A stretch of 64,000 nt of DNA from the NCBI RefSeq assembly GCF_018350175.1, contig NC_058368.1:181290001-181354000 (forward strand). The letters run 5' to 3'. The stretch comes from Felis catus. Its lineage: Eukaryota. A model generated the notes under the pieces. It saw only the letters and a program-made list of their open reading frames with translations, did no database searches and was not told where the DNA came from. Within the stretch, counting starts at the first letter, position 1; every line of letters starts with the position of its first letter. Shown here one piece after another: positions 25,651 to 39,416 of this stretch. Made by a program: the position numbers and the translations under genes.

Positions 25651-26029
25651 TGAGTTATCTGCTACTGTGTTATTCTTCATAGTTCTTACCTCTGTCTTGG
25701 AAAGGATCCTTTTGGAATTGCTTGCTTATAATTTGTTCCCCCTTCTGGATTGTATACTCATGAAGGGTGGAAACAACTTCGCAGCTATACTTCTGTCTAA
25801 AAGTAGGACAAAACCTACTTAGTGTTTCGAGAATGAAGAAGCAAATGAACAGCGTAACTTTGTTTCCAATTATGAAGACACTAGACAATGTATTTGTTCA
25901 CATTGGTATTGTTTATTTACACTCTAAGAAATCTGAAGACCTCTAAAGGTGATTTTGACTGCTATTATGAGTTTTACTACTGTTATTACTATGACTACTA
26001 GTATACCTCCTACTACTGCTGTGAGCAGG

Positions 26030-26190
26030 TAATACTGATGGAGCACCATATAGCAATTCTTTCTAGGTGCTTTATATATAATAACTCTTAATTTTCATCT
26101 TAACCCTGTAAGATAGTTGCCATCATTATACCCATTTTTCCAAGTGGAAAAACTAAGGCACAGTAAGTTTGAGCCTATGATCATAAATCT
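26030..26190 (-). mobile_element. MIR fragment
   Basis: ctaggtgctttatatata...aaccctgtaagatag...cattatacccatttttccaagtggaaaaactaaggcacag. Confidence 0.7.
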
Positions 26191-26765
26191 CAGTGAAGGA
26201 AAATGTGTACAATTCAATATTCACACTGAGTCTGATCATACTCATTTTGTGGCTGTTTTTCCCAGAACACTTTTTCAGTAATTTGTTTTACTATTTGCAC
26301 AAATGCTCATTGGCTGCAAAAGTTGACTGAGCTTTTTACTTTCTGTCAATTATTTCAGCCATAGATTAGAAAAGATTCAGAGTTCCCCTCCTATTTCCAG
26401 GTCTGCATAAACCATTAATAGCATGCTCTCTGAATGAAAACACCGCCAACAATATGATAGGACCTGGTGGAAGCTGGAAAATTCTGGAAGACAAACCCAC
26501 TTTTATTCATTTAGGGGCAGTGATCTACTTCTGGGCAAGTTCTTGGTCTACAGGAGGAGTAATCTGGGATGCGTCTTTTCACTTCCATATGTTTCCAGTG
26601 AGATTACTTCTGCTTTTATCTTAGTTATTGGCTAGAAGTAGTTTCTGATTTGTTTCCAGACATTTCATTAGTTTTATACTGAAACTTGATTGTCCCCAAA
26701 TATCTAGCTTTTCTTGGTTGAGAGCTTATTCATTCATTTCATATATGAAAGTCACCAATGTAATT

Positions 26766-26971
26766 AAAAAAATATTTATGTTTTATTTTTGAGACAGAAA
26801 CAGAGCATGAGTGGGGAAGGGGCAGAGGGAGAGGGAGACAAAGAATCTGAAGCAAGCTCCAGGCTCTGAGCTATCAGCACAGAGCCCGACACGAGGCTTG
26901 AACCCATGAAATGTGAGATCATGACCTGAGCCGAAGTCAGACGCTTAACCAACTGAGCCACCCAGGCATCC
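26766..26971 (-). mobile_element. Can-SINE (feliform type)
   Basis: Reverse SINEC; perfect 13-bp TSD caccaatgtaatt at 26753-26765 and 26972-26984. Confidence 0.96.
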
Positions 26972-27810
26972 CACCAATGTAATTTTTTTTTTTTTTTTAC
27001 ATGACAGAGTTAAGGACAAGTCTGTGTGTGTGTGCATGTATGTGTATGACTTTGAGAAAGATCTACTGGATACTTGTTATGTGGAAATAGGAGACAAAAT
27101 TAATATGATGTTTCTTGAGACTTTGTGGTTTCTCTTTATGACTAACGCAAGCTGTTAAAAACATGAGACTGACAGTATTTTCTCGATTTAGTAAAATCTC
27201 TTGAGATTATCTTATTTATCTACCACCCCAGTACCAGTACTATGAATTAAGGGAATATAAAATATAATTAATAAACATTCATTTGCCAATAAATATGCTA
27301 ATATTTTAATGCTATTTTGAGTAAGTCTTTTTGAAGTTAATGAGTTAACTTCAAAAGGATAAAAAGACATGTTTTGAGTAATCATAAGTCAGATTAGTTA
27401 CCATTAAATAAAACACTTTAAAATGCATAAACCATAATTGAATTGTCTTTTTTTAACTTTTAAAAGTTAGAGTTACTGTGTATAATAAGCTCCTTTTTCT
27501 CAAATTAAAAGAAATATTATTTCACTAATACATTAGAAAATCATAGTAAGAAAGACATTTTTTAAAATTAGTTAAATGTTTTTCATAAGTACTTGTATGA
27601 TAATGTTCATCTGTTTTAGAACAAACAAAAATATTTTCTAAATAAAATTTCATTTTAAGTTTCCCACCACTATAATCCATCTGCCATGAGAATTATTAAG
27701 TGTTTTTTAAAAGTTTTAAAGTAATAAAAACAAAGGATCCATGTATCTATTCACAAATTAGTTATCAAACTTCAGAATGTAGAGTATTTCAGGTTAGGTA
27801 TATAATAGAC

Positions 27811-28035
27811 CAGGGGTCAGAAAACCTTTTCTGTAAAGGGCCAGGCAGCAAATATTTTAGGCTTTGCATCAGATGGTCTCACAGCTGTGACTTCTCAACT
27901 CTGCCTTTGTAGGGCAAGCAGCCATAGACAATACGTAAACAAGTAGGCTTTTCTTAGTTGCTCTGCTAACACTTTATTTACAAAAACAAGCTTTGGACTG
28001 GATTTGGCACCCAGGCAGTAATTTTCTGACCACTA
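27811..28035. mobile_element. MER58A-like hAT-Charlie MITE
   Basis: caggggtcagaaaaccttttctgtaaagggccag...ctcaactctgcc...gcagccatagacaatacgtaaac...actttatttacaaaaaca...ctgaccact. Confidence 0.88.
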
Positions 28036-28724
28036 CCACACCAGCACCACCAAATGCATGTGGAAGACAGCTATTACTACATGCACACTCACTTTCTTGG
28101 GTTTCATGATTCATTACATCAAAGTGGAGAAGGGATGGGAAAAAATGTGCTTTAAATGTCCTGATCACTTGGAAGGCTCTCACGGAATAAGACCCTTATC
28201 CTCGTCTCCTTCTTGATCTAAATGGCCACTATTCAAAGGTCATTGTTCAGCATGACCTCTTGTGCATTTGTCAACTTCTGTACACACTGCAACTTCATTT
28301 TTAGCTTAGAATGAATAGGGTTTAATAATCCATTCCTCTATAAGCAACTTGAACAGCTCCAAGGGAAGAAATCTAAATATATAAGGTAGGATTCCTATGT
28401 CTTCATTACTGACCTACAATAACAGAACAGCTTGCATAACTAACAGGACCTTTACACTCTGGGGATTAAGCATGAGAACCGTCATTAAAGATTTGACTTT
28501 ATGCAATTTCTTTTTTTACCCATCTAGTAATTCTAAGACATATGCAAATAATACTATTTTTGAAAAATGTCTCAGAAATCTAAGTCTCTAATACATTTTG
28601 AGTTCTTTTAAAAATGAACTTTTATTATTTTTATTGGAAAAGTTAACTTGTTCATTTTATAGATTTAAATAAAACAAGAAATAATAGTAATATTACGTTA
28701 TTTTTTTCTGATAACATAGTTAAA

Positions 28725-29140
28725 CTTTCATAAGATTGATAGCATCAAATGTTGGTAAGATTTTAGGGAAATGGACATCTTTTATTCTATTGGTGGAAGG
28801 TTGAGTGACATACTTATTTTAAGGGCAACTAGATAGTATTTATTTAAAACTTAAAAATGACATTCTTATAATCTACCAAATCCATTTCTAGTTATCAACC
28901 TTAGCCACCCACACATGTGTGCTGGGGTGTTCATCGCAGCATTTTGTGTAATTAAAAAAATTGCAAAGAATATGAACATTCACCATTAGTTAAGGGTTAA
29001 ATAAAACATTATTCATTAATGTAATCTAATGCTATACATAAAAGGAATATAAACCTAGTGATGTATTTCTTTCCTCTAATTTTGACATTACCCTCTCTCA
29101 GAAAATATTAGATGAAAAAACAAGTCAAAGAATGATAGGG
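28725..29140 (+). mobile_element. Ancient L1 3' region (L1ME-like)
   Basis: caaatgttggtaagatt...ggtggaagg...aatccatttctagttatc...gtgttcatcgcagcatt...atgaaaaaacaagtcaaagaa. Confidence 0.65.
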
Positions 29141-29674
29141 ATTTATAAAAAAAATGATTAGATGCAGAGAAGCAAAGGAAGAGAAGGAAGAGTTTAAGCT
29201 GGCCTATAGAGGGGTCTCAGAGTGGAAGAGATTTTTTTTTTAAGAAAAGGAAGAAGCATGCATTGTTTTCCTCTCACCCCACCCCCCCACCTTTGTTATA
29301 ACTGAATTTTTAAAACAAAAACCCGAGGACCAGGAGCTTAAGAGGTTGACCCATGGATACATGTCAGTAAGTGGCAAAGAAGGCATCAGATTCTAGGCAA
29401 ACCTGACAATGACACTATGCGTATGATCCTTCTCTGTAGCTGCAGTGTCCTTCCAAGAGAACACAGACCAACTCTCTTCCACTGACTTACCCAGCTTCAC
29501 AAGAGGATCACAGAAACTCATATTCAGAAGGGAAAAATGAAATTATTATAAAGTAGAGTAAAAAGAAAGGATTCATTAGAGAAAGCCTTTTCACACCTTT
29601 CACCAACACTACGTATGAAAGGAAGAGATCTTTTCCTTCCCTCCCATTTCTGTGTAAGAGGAAAGGTGAAGACC

Positions 29675-29711
29675 ATACTTATTTTGATGAGTTATACTTA
29701 TTTTGATGAGT
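29675..29711. repeat. Tandem duplication, 19-bp period
   Basis: atacttattttgatgagt at 29675-29692 and 29694-29711. Confidence 0.85.
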
Positions 29712-31469
29712 GACTTCTAAAAACTATCCATAGAGTTATAGAGAAGTTTTACTTCAAAAATGGAGAGTTGAGAGACTGTTAAGAATGGAAAAGTATGATT
29801 AGTCATGTCTAATATAGAGATAGGTAACGTCCACGGGCAAATGTTAAATTGCCTTAGAATATCACTTTGGACCACCCCCACCAGACAAACAAACAAACAA
29901 ACAAACAATCTCTGCTAGTAACATTACTTTTTGGTATATGGTTTGCATTATGGCAGAAATTGCCTTTTGGCTGAGCTTGCAAAAGAGTTAATACTCAGGT
30001 AAATGTTAGATTAATACATAGGAAGCCCAAAGGGCAATTAACTTTCCATGAAAGAGATCAGTCCTGGAAAGATTATATGCATGGGTGAGCATGCAGCATT
30101 TTCAAAGCAGCCAGTTCTCAATTACCTCTAGGAATGGGGTGGGAAATGGATGCCTCCTGGGTCAATGGCTTGCTGGGAAGTTGAGGAGGGGGTTAACAAA
30201 CAGTGGTTTGGAACATCTGTATGCTGGTCAGGAAAAGCTAGCTGGAGTCCTCTGTGTGATCAGGACTAATTACAAATGACCAATTAGATACAACCAAACA
30301 ATGCTACTGTTCTAATTTGACACAGACTGCTGATTTACTTGGGCACCTGGCTTAATATGTAAGCACATTGCAGATGCTTAAAAGGCTTGAAGAGGGGAGG
30401 AAAATGAAAGAGGAGAAAACCAAGGTAAGGTCATCTAAAAGCAGAGTAGAAGGGGTAAAGAAGGAAGAAATATGAAGGAAGATGGAGATATAAGACATAA
30501 GGAAAACAATTAAAAGCGGGAAAAACGTCTGCCCATGATTAATATTACACGGCACTTTTTCTTGTCAGGGAGTTGAACAGTCACTACATTATTGAAGAGA
30601 AAATATTCTCAGTATTTCATTATTTTACATTTCCCCAATAACTACAGATATTACATATATGACTAATTTGGATAGGGAAAATGAACACATGCTCAAGAGC
30701 CACCATACCCTATTCCTAGATTCACAACAACCGTGGCAGCACTCTTGGTATGTAAGCCTGAATTAAGCCTCATAATCCTTTCCACAGCAAGGACTTGGAA
30801 AGCCATTTCCAATGGGCTCCAATTGGCACACTACATTGACGCTATCTCCCCTTTCCCCATTAGGATCACTGTCTGACTTCTACATTTCACTTAGCATTGA
30901 AGCTTTTATCTCAGGAACCTCATTGTATTATGGAAATTCTATTCAATAACAAAAAAAACATTCATTTTCATTAAATTGTTATAAGTAGAATGATCTCAAT
31001 ATATTATTTAAGAGACATGAAAATATGACTGTGTTATCTATAGTTATCTCATTAAAACAGGATCTGGTTATAACATATAAAGAGCTGGGTGGACATTTTT
31101 TAAAATAAAATCTATTTACTGCAAATAAATTATGTCTGAAAACCAGACAGTGGTAATTGGGGAAGGGTTAGAGCTACCATGTAAAACAGGACTTTTTCCC
31201 TAGCCACAAGAGATGGTCCAACATATAAATTAAATTAGATAATGCCTTTATACTGTAACTGAATTTGAATTGGCAGTAATGCATTATAGATAAAATGTTC
31301 TATCTTTTTAAATGTGGCCTTGGTAATGATTTAACATTTTATTCTTTTCAAGAAAAATATAGGTAGTTAAGAATGCTTCATGACTCTGAAAGTGGTGAAT
31401 ATTCATGAAATGCCATTGAATTCTTTGTGACTTAGTCTAACAGGAGTAGCATAAGGAAGAAGAGGGGTA

Positions 31470-31700
31470 ATGTTATTAATAATAATATTTCCATTTCTAG
31501 ACAACTTCCATTTGCCAATCTTTTGTGTATTTATATACAGTGTATTATTCATTCATGCATCGACTCTAAGAAAATGGTATCTTTACTCCAGTTTTCAGAG
31601 GGAGAACCCAGCCTAGGAAGGTTAAGTTAGTCTCCTAGTATCACAATAGAAAGAGACAGGATTCATTTCCGAGTGTTTTCACCACTTGATTTTAGTGCCC
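31470..31700 (-). mobile_element. MIR
   Basis: taataataatatttccatttctag...ctccagttttcagagggagaacccagcctaggaaggttaagt. Confidence 0.6.
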
Positions 31701-32530
31701 TTAGCAGTTGTTGAGTCATCAAATCATCCCTCAGAAAACAACCTATAGAGATTATTCATGTTTGTTAGCCACAAAAGCCGGTAGAGCATCTTTATAAAGC
31801 AAACCATCTCCTTTCCAAGTCTTCCAACTCACCACAGACAGATGTCCTATGATTTGAGAGCTTCTGATCACATTTGCAAAAAGTTGTCAGCCTACCTTAT
31901 TTCATCAAGATATAACTCAAGTCTCATTCTCTCCATGAAACCTAACTCAATCATTCTGCCTCCTGTGAAAACAGTGCCGACATACATACAGTACATATAT
32001 AACACCTTACTTGGTTGTTTTCTCATAATAATGTTTGGCATAAAACACTTTCCTCAGAAACCATTAAAAATGTTCTTTTTTTCAAGTTTCATTTGATATG
32101 TTGATTGCACCACTACACACCTAGAACCCTCATATTGGCAAATTGTTTACGTATTTGTATGTACGAAGCGACTACCATGTACTTGGTTTGGAACATGCAG
32201 AAGTAAGAGGGAGAGGCAAAAAACATTCTGTAAGGATGAAATGACATGAGCAAAGCTGCATAAGAGGAATATCTTGGGGATTCAAGAAAAAAAAATGCAT
32301 AGTTCATTCTGGTTGGAGTACAAATTTCCTAAAGTTGGGAAGAGGGATTTAAGGCATATTATAAATAGCCTAGATTATCAGGTAGTTAGCAGTAGAATAT
32401 ATTTTCTATGGAGGAATTTTTATACACTATATTAATCTGTAGAATATTGATAAGTAATGATTGGTAAATGATATTTTGGGAGACACTATGTTTAAGCAAC
32501 GACTTCTTTGTTAGAACTCTGAAAGCTTCC

Positions 32531-32739
32531 AAGGCTCCTGGGTGGTTCAGTTGGTTAAGCATCCAACTCTTGATTTTAGCTCAGGTTATGATCTGAGGTT
32601 TCATGAGATTGAGCCCTGCATTGGACTCCACACTGACAGCACAGAGCCTGCTTGGGATTCTCTCTCTCTCCCTCTCTCTCCGCCTCTCCTCTGCTCATGT
32701 TGTCTCTCTCTCTCAAATAAAGAATTAAAAAAAAAAAAC
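32531..32739 (+). mobile_element. Can-SINE
   Basis: ggctcctgggtggttcagttggttaagcatccaactcttgatttt...; TSD gaactctgaaa(g)cttc starting at 32514 and 32740. Confidence 0.94.
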
Positions 32740-35700
32740 GAACTCTGAAACTTCAATGTGTTGAAGGTATTAAATACATAGTATTCTCCAAATTTCTCCA
32801 GTCATACTATACTTCCCCCTCCCAATGATACAATCCATAGGACACATAATGGGAAAGTGCTCTAATGGAAAATTGTTTAAAATAATAAACAGGTGATACA
32901 ATAAGTAAGACACACATGGAAGCCACATCTATATTGGAGCACCTATGTATATGGCCACCATGTCGGTATTCAACCACTGAATATGTTCTATGTAGCCAGG
33001 TGGTTCTATTTGCTAATTTGCTAACTTTTGGACAAGAGAGTAGTTAGGTCAAATGTCATATTCAACTCAACCTTCAAACTAATCTAAATCTTATCTATAG
33101 TTTTCTTTTCTCCTGAGAAGGTCAGAAAAATTCACAGAACTTGATCTATTTAACAACCTTTTTTGTGTGTGTTTGAGTAGATATTGCCAACAAATAATAA
33201 TATATTCTAATGTCACCTACTTTGTTAATATGGAATCCTGAACTAGATGTCCTATCAATACATCTGGAGTCTTCATTATACTAAACCTGGATACAATTCA
33301 GGGATAAGACATTTTCTGTTGTATATTTCTTAATCATTTTTAATGTTTTTTTATAATTGTTTTATGAAGTTCAAAAGTTCAGTAATAGAACAAAAAATCA
33401 TTTTTTGTGATTATTGAAATACTAAATAATGATTTATTTAGAAATAATTTGTCTTGCATATTTTGAGAATAGAATATTAATGAAAAATATTATATCTTAT
33501 AGTTTAAAAATGTTTCCATGTATTATTAAATTTTTGATGATCTTAATGCATTACTATAATTTCAAATAGGTTTTTATTTAATAACTGTTTATATATTTTC
33601 AGAATATCTAAAAGGTGCCCTGTCCATCATGTTAATTAAAATTAAAACCATATTCATATAAAAATTTTTCCTTGGCAAAGAGATAAAGGGATTCCAAGGC
33701 AAAATAATTCAAAGTATGTTATCACATTGATAGTTCTGTGGTTCACATAGATATCTTTTTAATTTTAAATAAGCATATTTGCATTATTCCTGGATGGTTC
33801 AGAGATCTGGTCTATAGTGTACCTTTTGCAAATACAATAATTTAAAGATTAGAACGTTTTTTCTAATAAAAAGGCAAGATCATAATGTGTATTATGATAT
33901 TTTATATCAAAAAATTCTTAGACTTTATCTTATTATTTGTTGAATTACATTAATATTCATATTATCTTCTCACTTTAGACGCTAGAGATAAATGTACAAC
34001 TAAATAGAAAGACTGTTTTCTGGAAAGATACTAATAGTACAAATGTTCCATTGTTCTATGTTCAAGTATTAATCATATTCGGGCTTTAACTCAAGAAAAA
34101 ATAAGTTCAGTAAAAAATATTACTTAATTTGCTTCAACTTCCAGTTAGAAGCTCAAAAAATTTAAGAACATCAACCAAAAGCATAAAAGGAGAAATATTC
34201 TTCAGAGGAATAGTATAAAAGGAAAGTGTCTAAATACTAAGTCAGAATCCCAACCTGCTACTGTTACCCTTCCTGAGTCTAAGTTCTGAATTTAATTTTA
34301 AAGCCTTATTTGGTTATTCTCCCTGTAATAGTGCCTAGAATAATACACTGTGCACATTAGCCATTAAAAAAATGTTGGTTCAAATTCTAAACTGAGTAGA
34401 AAGCTCACACAGTTTCTGGAACGTAGCTACAATATGTAATCTGTGGTAAATTGATTTGAAGCCAATCAATATCTTATAAATTCACTTTGGGGGTAAAGAC
34501 AATGAATTATTTGTTGTTAATAAAAACACTGTTGAGGGGGAAATATGGGAGTTCATGTGCCTATTATTCAAAATTCATTCAGTGTTTATTAGCAATATTC
34601 AAATAATCTTTTAGGAAGTAAAAGAACAATGTATTTTTTTCCCTTGGCAGAGTAAAAGAAAACAGAAATTTACTAATCTATGTGTTACGTTTTAGAACCA
34701 CCTAATGGATTCTGAGATTCCCCTTAAAACACTAAGGCATTAATTTGTATTTATTTCATTTATCGACAGGCTAACATGAGATTCAGTCTTTGTCCAAAGG
34801 CTCATAATATGAGAGTTTAAACTTCAGGGGCCGGAGAATGTTTGTGAAGGATTTTGCTCTATCTAACCACCTTGACATTTGCTGAATATAAAGTTTCATT
34901 TTTTCCCCTCTTTTACAAATAATTCTCAGAAGTGTTGAGGAAATGAGGGGGAAAGGTAGCATTTAAAAGTTAACCAGAATAGAAAGGAAAAAATGTTTTT
35001 CACTTATGAAAAGCAGCACCAATAATTATTCAATGAATTTGGAAATCAACTCCAGCAGAGAAGTATATGAGATTCCTGCTGATATTGGTCATCTGAGAAA
35101 TAATGATTTATTGCTGTTTGGTATATGCTTACTTATGTGAATACAATTTTCCACTGTGGAATCAAAATAAAATAAGTGTTCCAACTGCTTGCAAGGTTTC
35201 TTCAAAGAGACGAAGAGAAACAAATTGGGCACTAATGAGTACGTTTAGCAAAACTGATTCACTCTGTGACTGTGAAGTGTACAACAAGCAGAAGAAAACA
35301 TTCAGTAGGGTTACCTTAACCCGTTTTTATTTTTTAAGTGCAGAGAAGAAATGATAAAGGCTGTATCTATGGAAATGATAATTTAGAGCGATATTAGAAA
35401 CCATTGCTTTTCAATCTTTTGTTGCTTCATGCTGCAAAACTCAAATGTTTGTAATTCAGACTTAAATACAGAGAGCTCATGTCTATGACGAGCTGTTTTG
35501 TGGGTATAAACCACTCACTGTGCTTTTCAAAACTTGGAATATCTCATAAAAAATCTATGGTGGCGAGTGAGTAACTGAACAGGGGTAAAAGTTTATTTCC
35601 AGGGCAGCTTTTATTGCATTAGAATGTAACTTCTATATATTCTCTCTTGTCTTGGTCATTATTTTCCTCAAGTGTAGATATACACTTAAACTTTCAGTTC

Positions 35701-37426
35701 ACAGCAACATATAACAAAAAATATCCTAGAATCATAGCTTAAGTGTAAAGTGGTAATGATTCTCACTGTAAATAACATAAATGATTAAAATTCTTACTTT
35801 ATTCTTATGATATAGTAGTGAAAGTATTATTTGCAGGCATTCTGAATGGAAAAGGGAGGAAAATCGAGTTTATCCTGTACTTTGTACGTTATGATAAAAA
35901 TGGACATGGATATATAAATCGATAAATATAAATCCCTAGCGGTGCATAGGGATAGAAGTGTGTAGGTAAGTATCCATATGCATTTCAATAGCAGGTGCGA
36001 TCTGTTTTGCAGAAAACTGTAGCTAGGTAAGGAAGAGAGAGAAATATAGAGATGCAAAACAAGTGGTTTTTTTCACCCAATCTTCCGTTTGTAAAGATAT
36101 AATCCCATTTTTTCAAGTAATTTTCTTCACTTTATACCAGATTTTTAATGTTTTTTTCCCCTTGTTTTTCTTAAGAGCTGGGATATGATTTTGTCCCAGG
36201 TTTAACATTCTACAGAAACTCTCCTGCCATCTTAGCCATCAAGTTAAATATAGGGGAACTGACCTCATCTACTTTACAATTCTCTTCTGAAAATACCCTT
36301 CTTTTTCATAGGCTGATAAAACTAAGCAATGAAATGAGGTATGCCATTTGCCACTGCACACAATGATTCAGATAAAAAGAAATTAGTAACTGTCTTAATA
36401 ACCTGCAACCTAAATGTTATGCCCTCACTATAAAAATTTCATAGCAGTATTATGGCCGGGTGAATAATACAAATTTGTTTTATTTTGAAATGTTTAATTG
36501 CTTGATTTCTGTGAGGCTTTAGGTGTGGGACTCCCCTCAAGTAAAACAGAAGATAAAAATACACTTCTCAGTTGTTTAGATGTTATTTCTGTACATAAAC
36601 CACCCAACAACATATTTTGAATCATTAAAAAATCTTGACTTTTTCGGGTCCAGCGGAGTGGTTAGCTTGTTTAGGAAGACTGAAAGTATGAAACAGCAGC
36701 AGATTACTTATTTCCACTTGCTATTACCTGTACCCTTGAAGACCGTGGACCAAATTATCTACTAGGTGTTGCCTGGCCCTGACGTTTGTAGGCGAAATGA
36801 ATGATTTGACTGGATTTGAAATGGTTTTGTTACAAGACACTTTTTGAGAGCTGTCATGTTAGAGTTTAACTGATATGTTATTAATGGGAAAATGTCCATT
36901 TTAAACCCCCTAAAGCCCAAACCTGTTTTGGGACGATGTTTGTTTGTTTTGATTTTTGCTGCTAGGGCAGCCCCATGGGGCCACTTAATAGGCTGCACCA
37001 CCTCTCATTCTCTCTGGTTATTCTAGTTGTGATGGTACTTCCAGCAGAGAATAGCTAAAATTAACAGACAGTAAACCAGACCCCCTGCCATCTCCAGAGG
37101 CCCAAATGCCAGGAATCTCAGAGAAAATTGTCAAAAATTTCAGATATTAAAGGAAAGGAGGAGAGCACAAAAGAAATTAATGAATGGTCCAGTCTAGAGA
37201 ACTAGGGGAGACACTTAAGGGAGGCCTAAGTGTTTTTGTGACTATCTCCATCTGCTGAAGGCTTTCAGTTGATGGATCAGTTAATGCTGATTATCTTACT
37301 GTGTAAGTTACAGTGATCATAAAGACACCCATTTCACAGATAACAAAATTGTGACTTCAGAAGTAATGGTAGGATCAGGATTCAATCTTGGTAGATTTTT
37401 ACATACATTATTATTATTATTAAATG

Positions 37427-37958
37427 TAAATTACACCATGCCACTCTGACCCCAAAAGCCCTCCAGTAACCGCTTTATCTATTAAAATAAAATTACAACT
37501 CCTTATACATCATGGCCTTATGTGATTTTGTCCCTATCTCCTCAACTGTCTCATCTCTTACGTCATTCAGCTCAGTCAGGCTTAGAGAATTTTCTTTCCC
37601 CTCAATCAATACTCCACATCTATTCTTCTAAGGAAACTTGGGCATGTTTTTTCCCCCTCAGGTTTGACCATGGCCGCCTCCTTCTCATAATTTGCCTCTC
37701 TGTTCAAATGATATCTCTTCAGAAAGGCTTTTCCTGACCTTCCTGAAGAAGATCTCCACTGTTCTACTCACACATTACCATAGTGTATTTTCTATTCTGC
37801 AGTCCTCACTTGTGAATTTTGTCTTGTTCATTTTCAGTATCCCCCCGCTAGAACTACATCCCAGGAACACAGGGACTGCCTTGTTCACACCTATGTCTGG
37901 AGCACCCTGAAGGGGGCCTGGCATGGAGTAGACGTGCGGAAGGCAGTTTGGGATGGGT
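37427..37958 (+). mobile_element. L2 3' end (L2a-like)
   Basis: ctcttcagaaaggcttttcctgacc...ccccgctagaact...cagggactgccttgttcac...gcctggcatggagtag. Confidence 0.72.
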
Positions 37959-38886
37959 TAATTTAGTCCTCACAACAATATTTTGAGAAACATAGGAGGC
38001 AAGCTTACAAATGAATTCTCTACTATTCAAGCCACAAGCTTGCTGCATGGAGAAGAACAATTAAAACAAACCCAGAGGCAAAATCATGACCACTTTTCTA
38101 TAAACTGATGCTAGACCCTCATCCCTGCCAGGAGCAGTCTTAATGAGAGGCATTGATTCTGAAGGAGAAAATGGCTGATTGCAAAGCAGGTAAAACTACG
38201 AGAATGCGTTCAAAGATATTAACATCATAGGATTTCCATTCAAAAATTCCATTTATAGATTTGCCAGGACAGGGGAAAAATACACAAGTGCATATAAATA
38301 CTACTTGGAAATGTAGAAAGCGGTGGATTTAACACCTAGAGGACATTACTGATGAAGAAGGATTTTTATTAGTGATGGAACATATTATCAGTTAACTATC
38401 ATGAGCATGAGGGAGTCCAAAAGAACACAACACAAAACTGCCTTGTTTGAGGCCCTGTCCACCATTAAGAAACAGAGAAAATGTTTTCTTCTCTATGCAC
38501 TGAGCTCAGCTTCGACTGAACAACTATTCAAGGTGGATATCATTTTTAAGGGCAACCAGGGATAAAGATAATGTCCCCCCCCCAACCGTGTTCAGGGTTT
38601 TATACTAAAACAAGGCTACTCAATTTCAAGATAAAATCGGATACATCATTCAAGACTTCAACATGACAGCACAGGAAAAGCAGCCCAGGCAAATTAATCT
38701 TTTTTTTTTCCTGCAAAGGCACATGTGAAATTTCAAAAATTTTTTTCTCAATTTCAAAACTTCTTTAAGTAGTCAACTGTGGATGAACATATATGAATAA
38801 AAAAAAATTAGTTGTTACCCTGGCTCACAGGTCTGTTAACACATTTCAGGTACTCACCAATTAGGTGCTACTGATTACGAACATAC

Positions 38887-39090
38887 TTTTTAAATTTTTT
38901 TAATGTTTATTTTTGAGAGAGAGACAAACCACAAACAGGGTAGGAGCAGAGAGAGAGGGAGACACAGAATCTAGAGCAGACTCCAGGCTCTGAGCTGTCA
39001 GCACAGAGCCCAATGTGGGGCTTGAGCCCTTGAACCATGACATCATGACCAAGATCTGATGCTCAACCAACTGAGCCACTCAGGTGCTCC
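38887..39090 (-). mobile_element. Can-SINE (feliform type, small internal deletion)
   Basis: ctccaggctctgagctgtcagcacagagccc...ctgagccactcaggtgctcc. Confidence 0.94.
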
Positions 39091-39185
39091 ATACCAAACT
39101 GTTATTTTTAAAAATAGAGGCAATTAGCATCTTTAAGAATTTCGATCATTAAAGAATTCCTTAAAGAATTTAAATCCTTTAAATT

Positions 39186-39251
39186 ATTTTATTTTTAAAA
39201 CATTTTTAAACGTTTATTCATTTTTGAGAGACAGAGTGTGAGGGGGGAGGG

Positions 39252-39290
<39 letters not shown>

Positions 39291-39416
39291 CTGAAGCAGA
39301 CTCCAGGCTCCAAGCTACCAGCACAGAGCCCAATATGGGGCTTGAATGCACGAACTGTGAGACTATGACCTGAGCAGAAGTTGGACACCCAACTGACTGA
39401 GCCACCCAGGCACCCC
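39186..39416 (-). mobile_element. Can-SINE (feliform type)
   Basis: Reverse SINEC with (GA)n; TSD taaat(c/t)ctttaaatt at 39171-39185 and 39417-39431. Confidence 0.95.

Noticed and set aside
35839..35925. EF-hand-like peptide YDKNGHGYINR
   Set aside because: Stop codon immediately after, no flanking homology; probably coincidence
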